Source of the DNA: a virus
Direction: 5' to 3' (one strand)
Virus record (IMG/VR): IMGVR_UViG_3300042197_000370
Length of the DNA stretch: 64,000 nt
Shown piece after piece: positions 63,685 to 64,000 of this stretch. Numbering within the stretch: position 1 is the stretch's first letter; the number at the start of each line of letters is the position of its first letter. Position numbers and translations under genes: made by a program. The notes below the pieces were generated by a model, which was given only the letters and a program-made list of their open reading frames with translations, was not told where the DNA came from and did not search any database.

Positions 63685-64000
63685 TTAGGCTACTGGAGGG
63701 GCAGCGGCTGCTCCTGCATTCATTTCTTGGTCGGGTGCTGCCTCTTGGTCTTGTTCCTGAGTACCTTCTTTATCAAGGTCCTCATCATATGCATCCTCAA
63801 TTTCCTTAAGGTCAATAGTAGCGTCAGCCAAATCGATAGAACCTTCTTTAATGTCATCCATTAGTTCTAATGGAATCTCAATTTCTACGAACCAAACTTT
63901 CTTTTCTACGGCTTTAGGATAACGTGTACCGGGAACAAAATCTTCATAATCTTGTATTTGGATAGGAACTTTAACTTTAGACTTAGCAAATTTAAGTTTG
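63685..64000 (-). CDS. Acidic protein, C-terminal part (enters from the window edge)
   Basis: Open frame ...VWFVEIEIPLELMDDI...AAAPPVA ending TAA at 63685. Confidence 0.7.
   Translation of the reverse strand, partial: KLKFAKSKVKVPIQIQDYEDFVPGTRYPKAVEKKVWFVEIEIPLELMDDIKEGSIDLADATIDLKEIEDAYDEDLDKEGTQEQDQEAAPDQEMNAGAAAAPPVA

Noticed and set aside
1-64000. Alternative genetic code (stop-codon reassignment as in some jumbo phages)
   Set aside because: Known enzymes are full length in code 11, and TAA, TAG and TGA all end coupled genes.
1-64000. tRNA, tmRNA, rRNA genes or a CRISPR array
   Set aside because: No cloverleaf with a TTCGA T-loop and no regularly spaced repeat-spacer array were seen by eye; tRNAscan and a CRISPR finder would confirm.

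Overview
64 kb from an AT-rich, T4-like large (probably jumbo) myophage. It uses the standard genetic code and is about 95% coded on the minus strand. A Betaproteobacterial or other Proteobacterial aquatic host is inferred, not proven, from the TctA/TctC transporter and small Burkholderiales-type proteins. From left to right the window holds: (i) an early region of small genes behind near-identical TTGACA-N17-TATAAT promoters, then a GH113-like lipoprotein and a microprotein/phasin-like cassette; (ii) a 5'-3' exonuclease/RNase H and a UV endonuclease; (iii) a large modification region with folE, queD, queE, a TGT/DpdA-like protein and a DpdL-like T-fold protein (7-deazaguanine DNA modification; no queC in the window), interleaved with GMP reductase, glycosyl-, methyl- and cytidylyltransferases, SGNH-like and sulfotransferase-like genes; (iv) family B DNA polymerase, sliding clamp, DsbA and TilS; (v) a late operon tctA-porin-tctC-sulfotransferase-like-2OG oxygenase with a divergent methyltransferase; (vi) a secreted low-complexity protein operon, thermonuclease, heme oxygenase and Dps; (vii) a set of proteins starting with a T4 capsid-targeting-like M(R/K)xx(E/D)F/I..xE motif and built from modules separated by xxE sites, including a cryptic Tat signal, a ParB-kinase fusion and a zincin; (viii) ClpA, DnaJ and a holin-like gene. 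Best leads: protease-processed capsid polyproteins with a Tat signal unmasked by cleavage, a preQ1-I-like pseudoknot upstream of queD, the phage TTT transporter-enzyme operon, and a queC-less deazaguanine pathway. All family assignments come from motif recognition by eye; no database searches were run. No tRNA, rRNA, CRISPR array, intron or intein was recognised.
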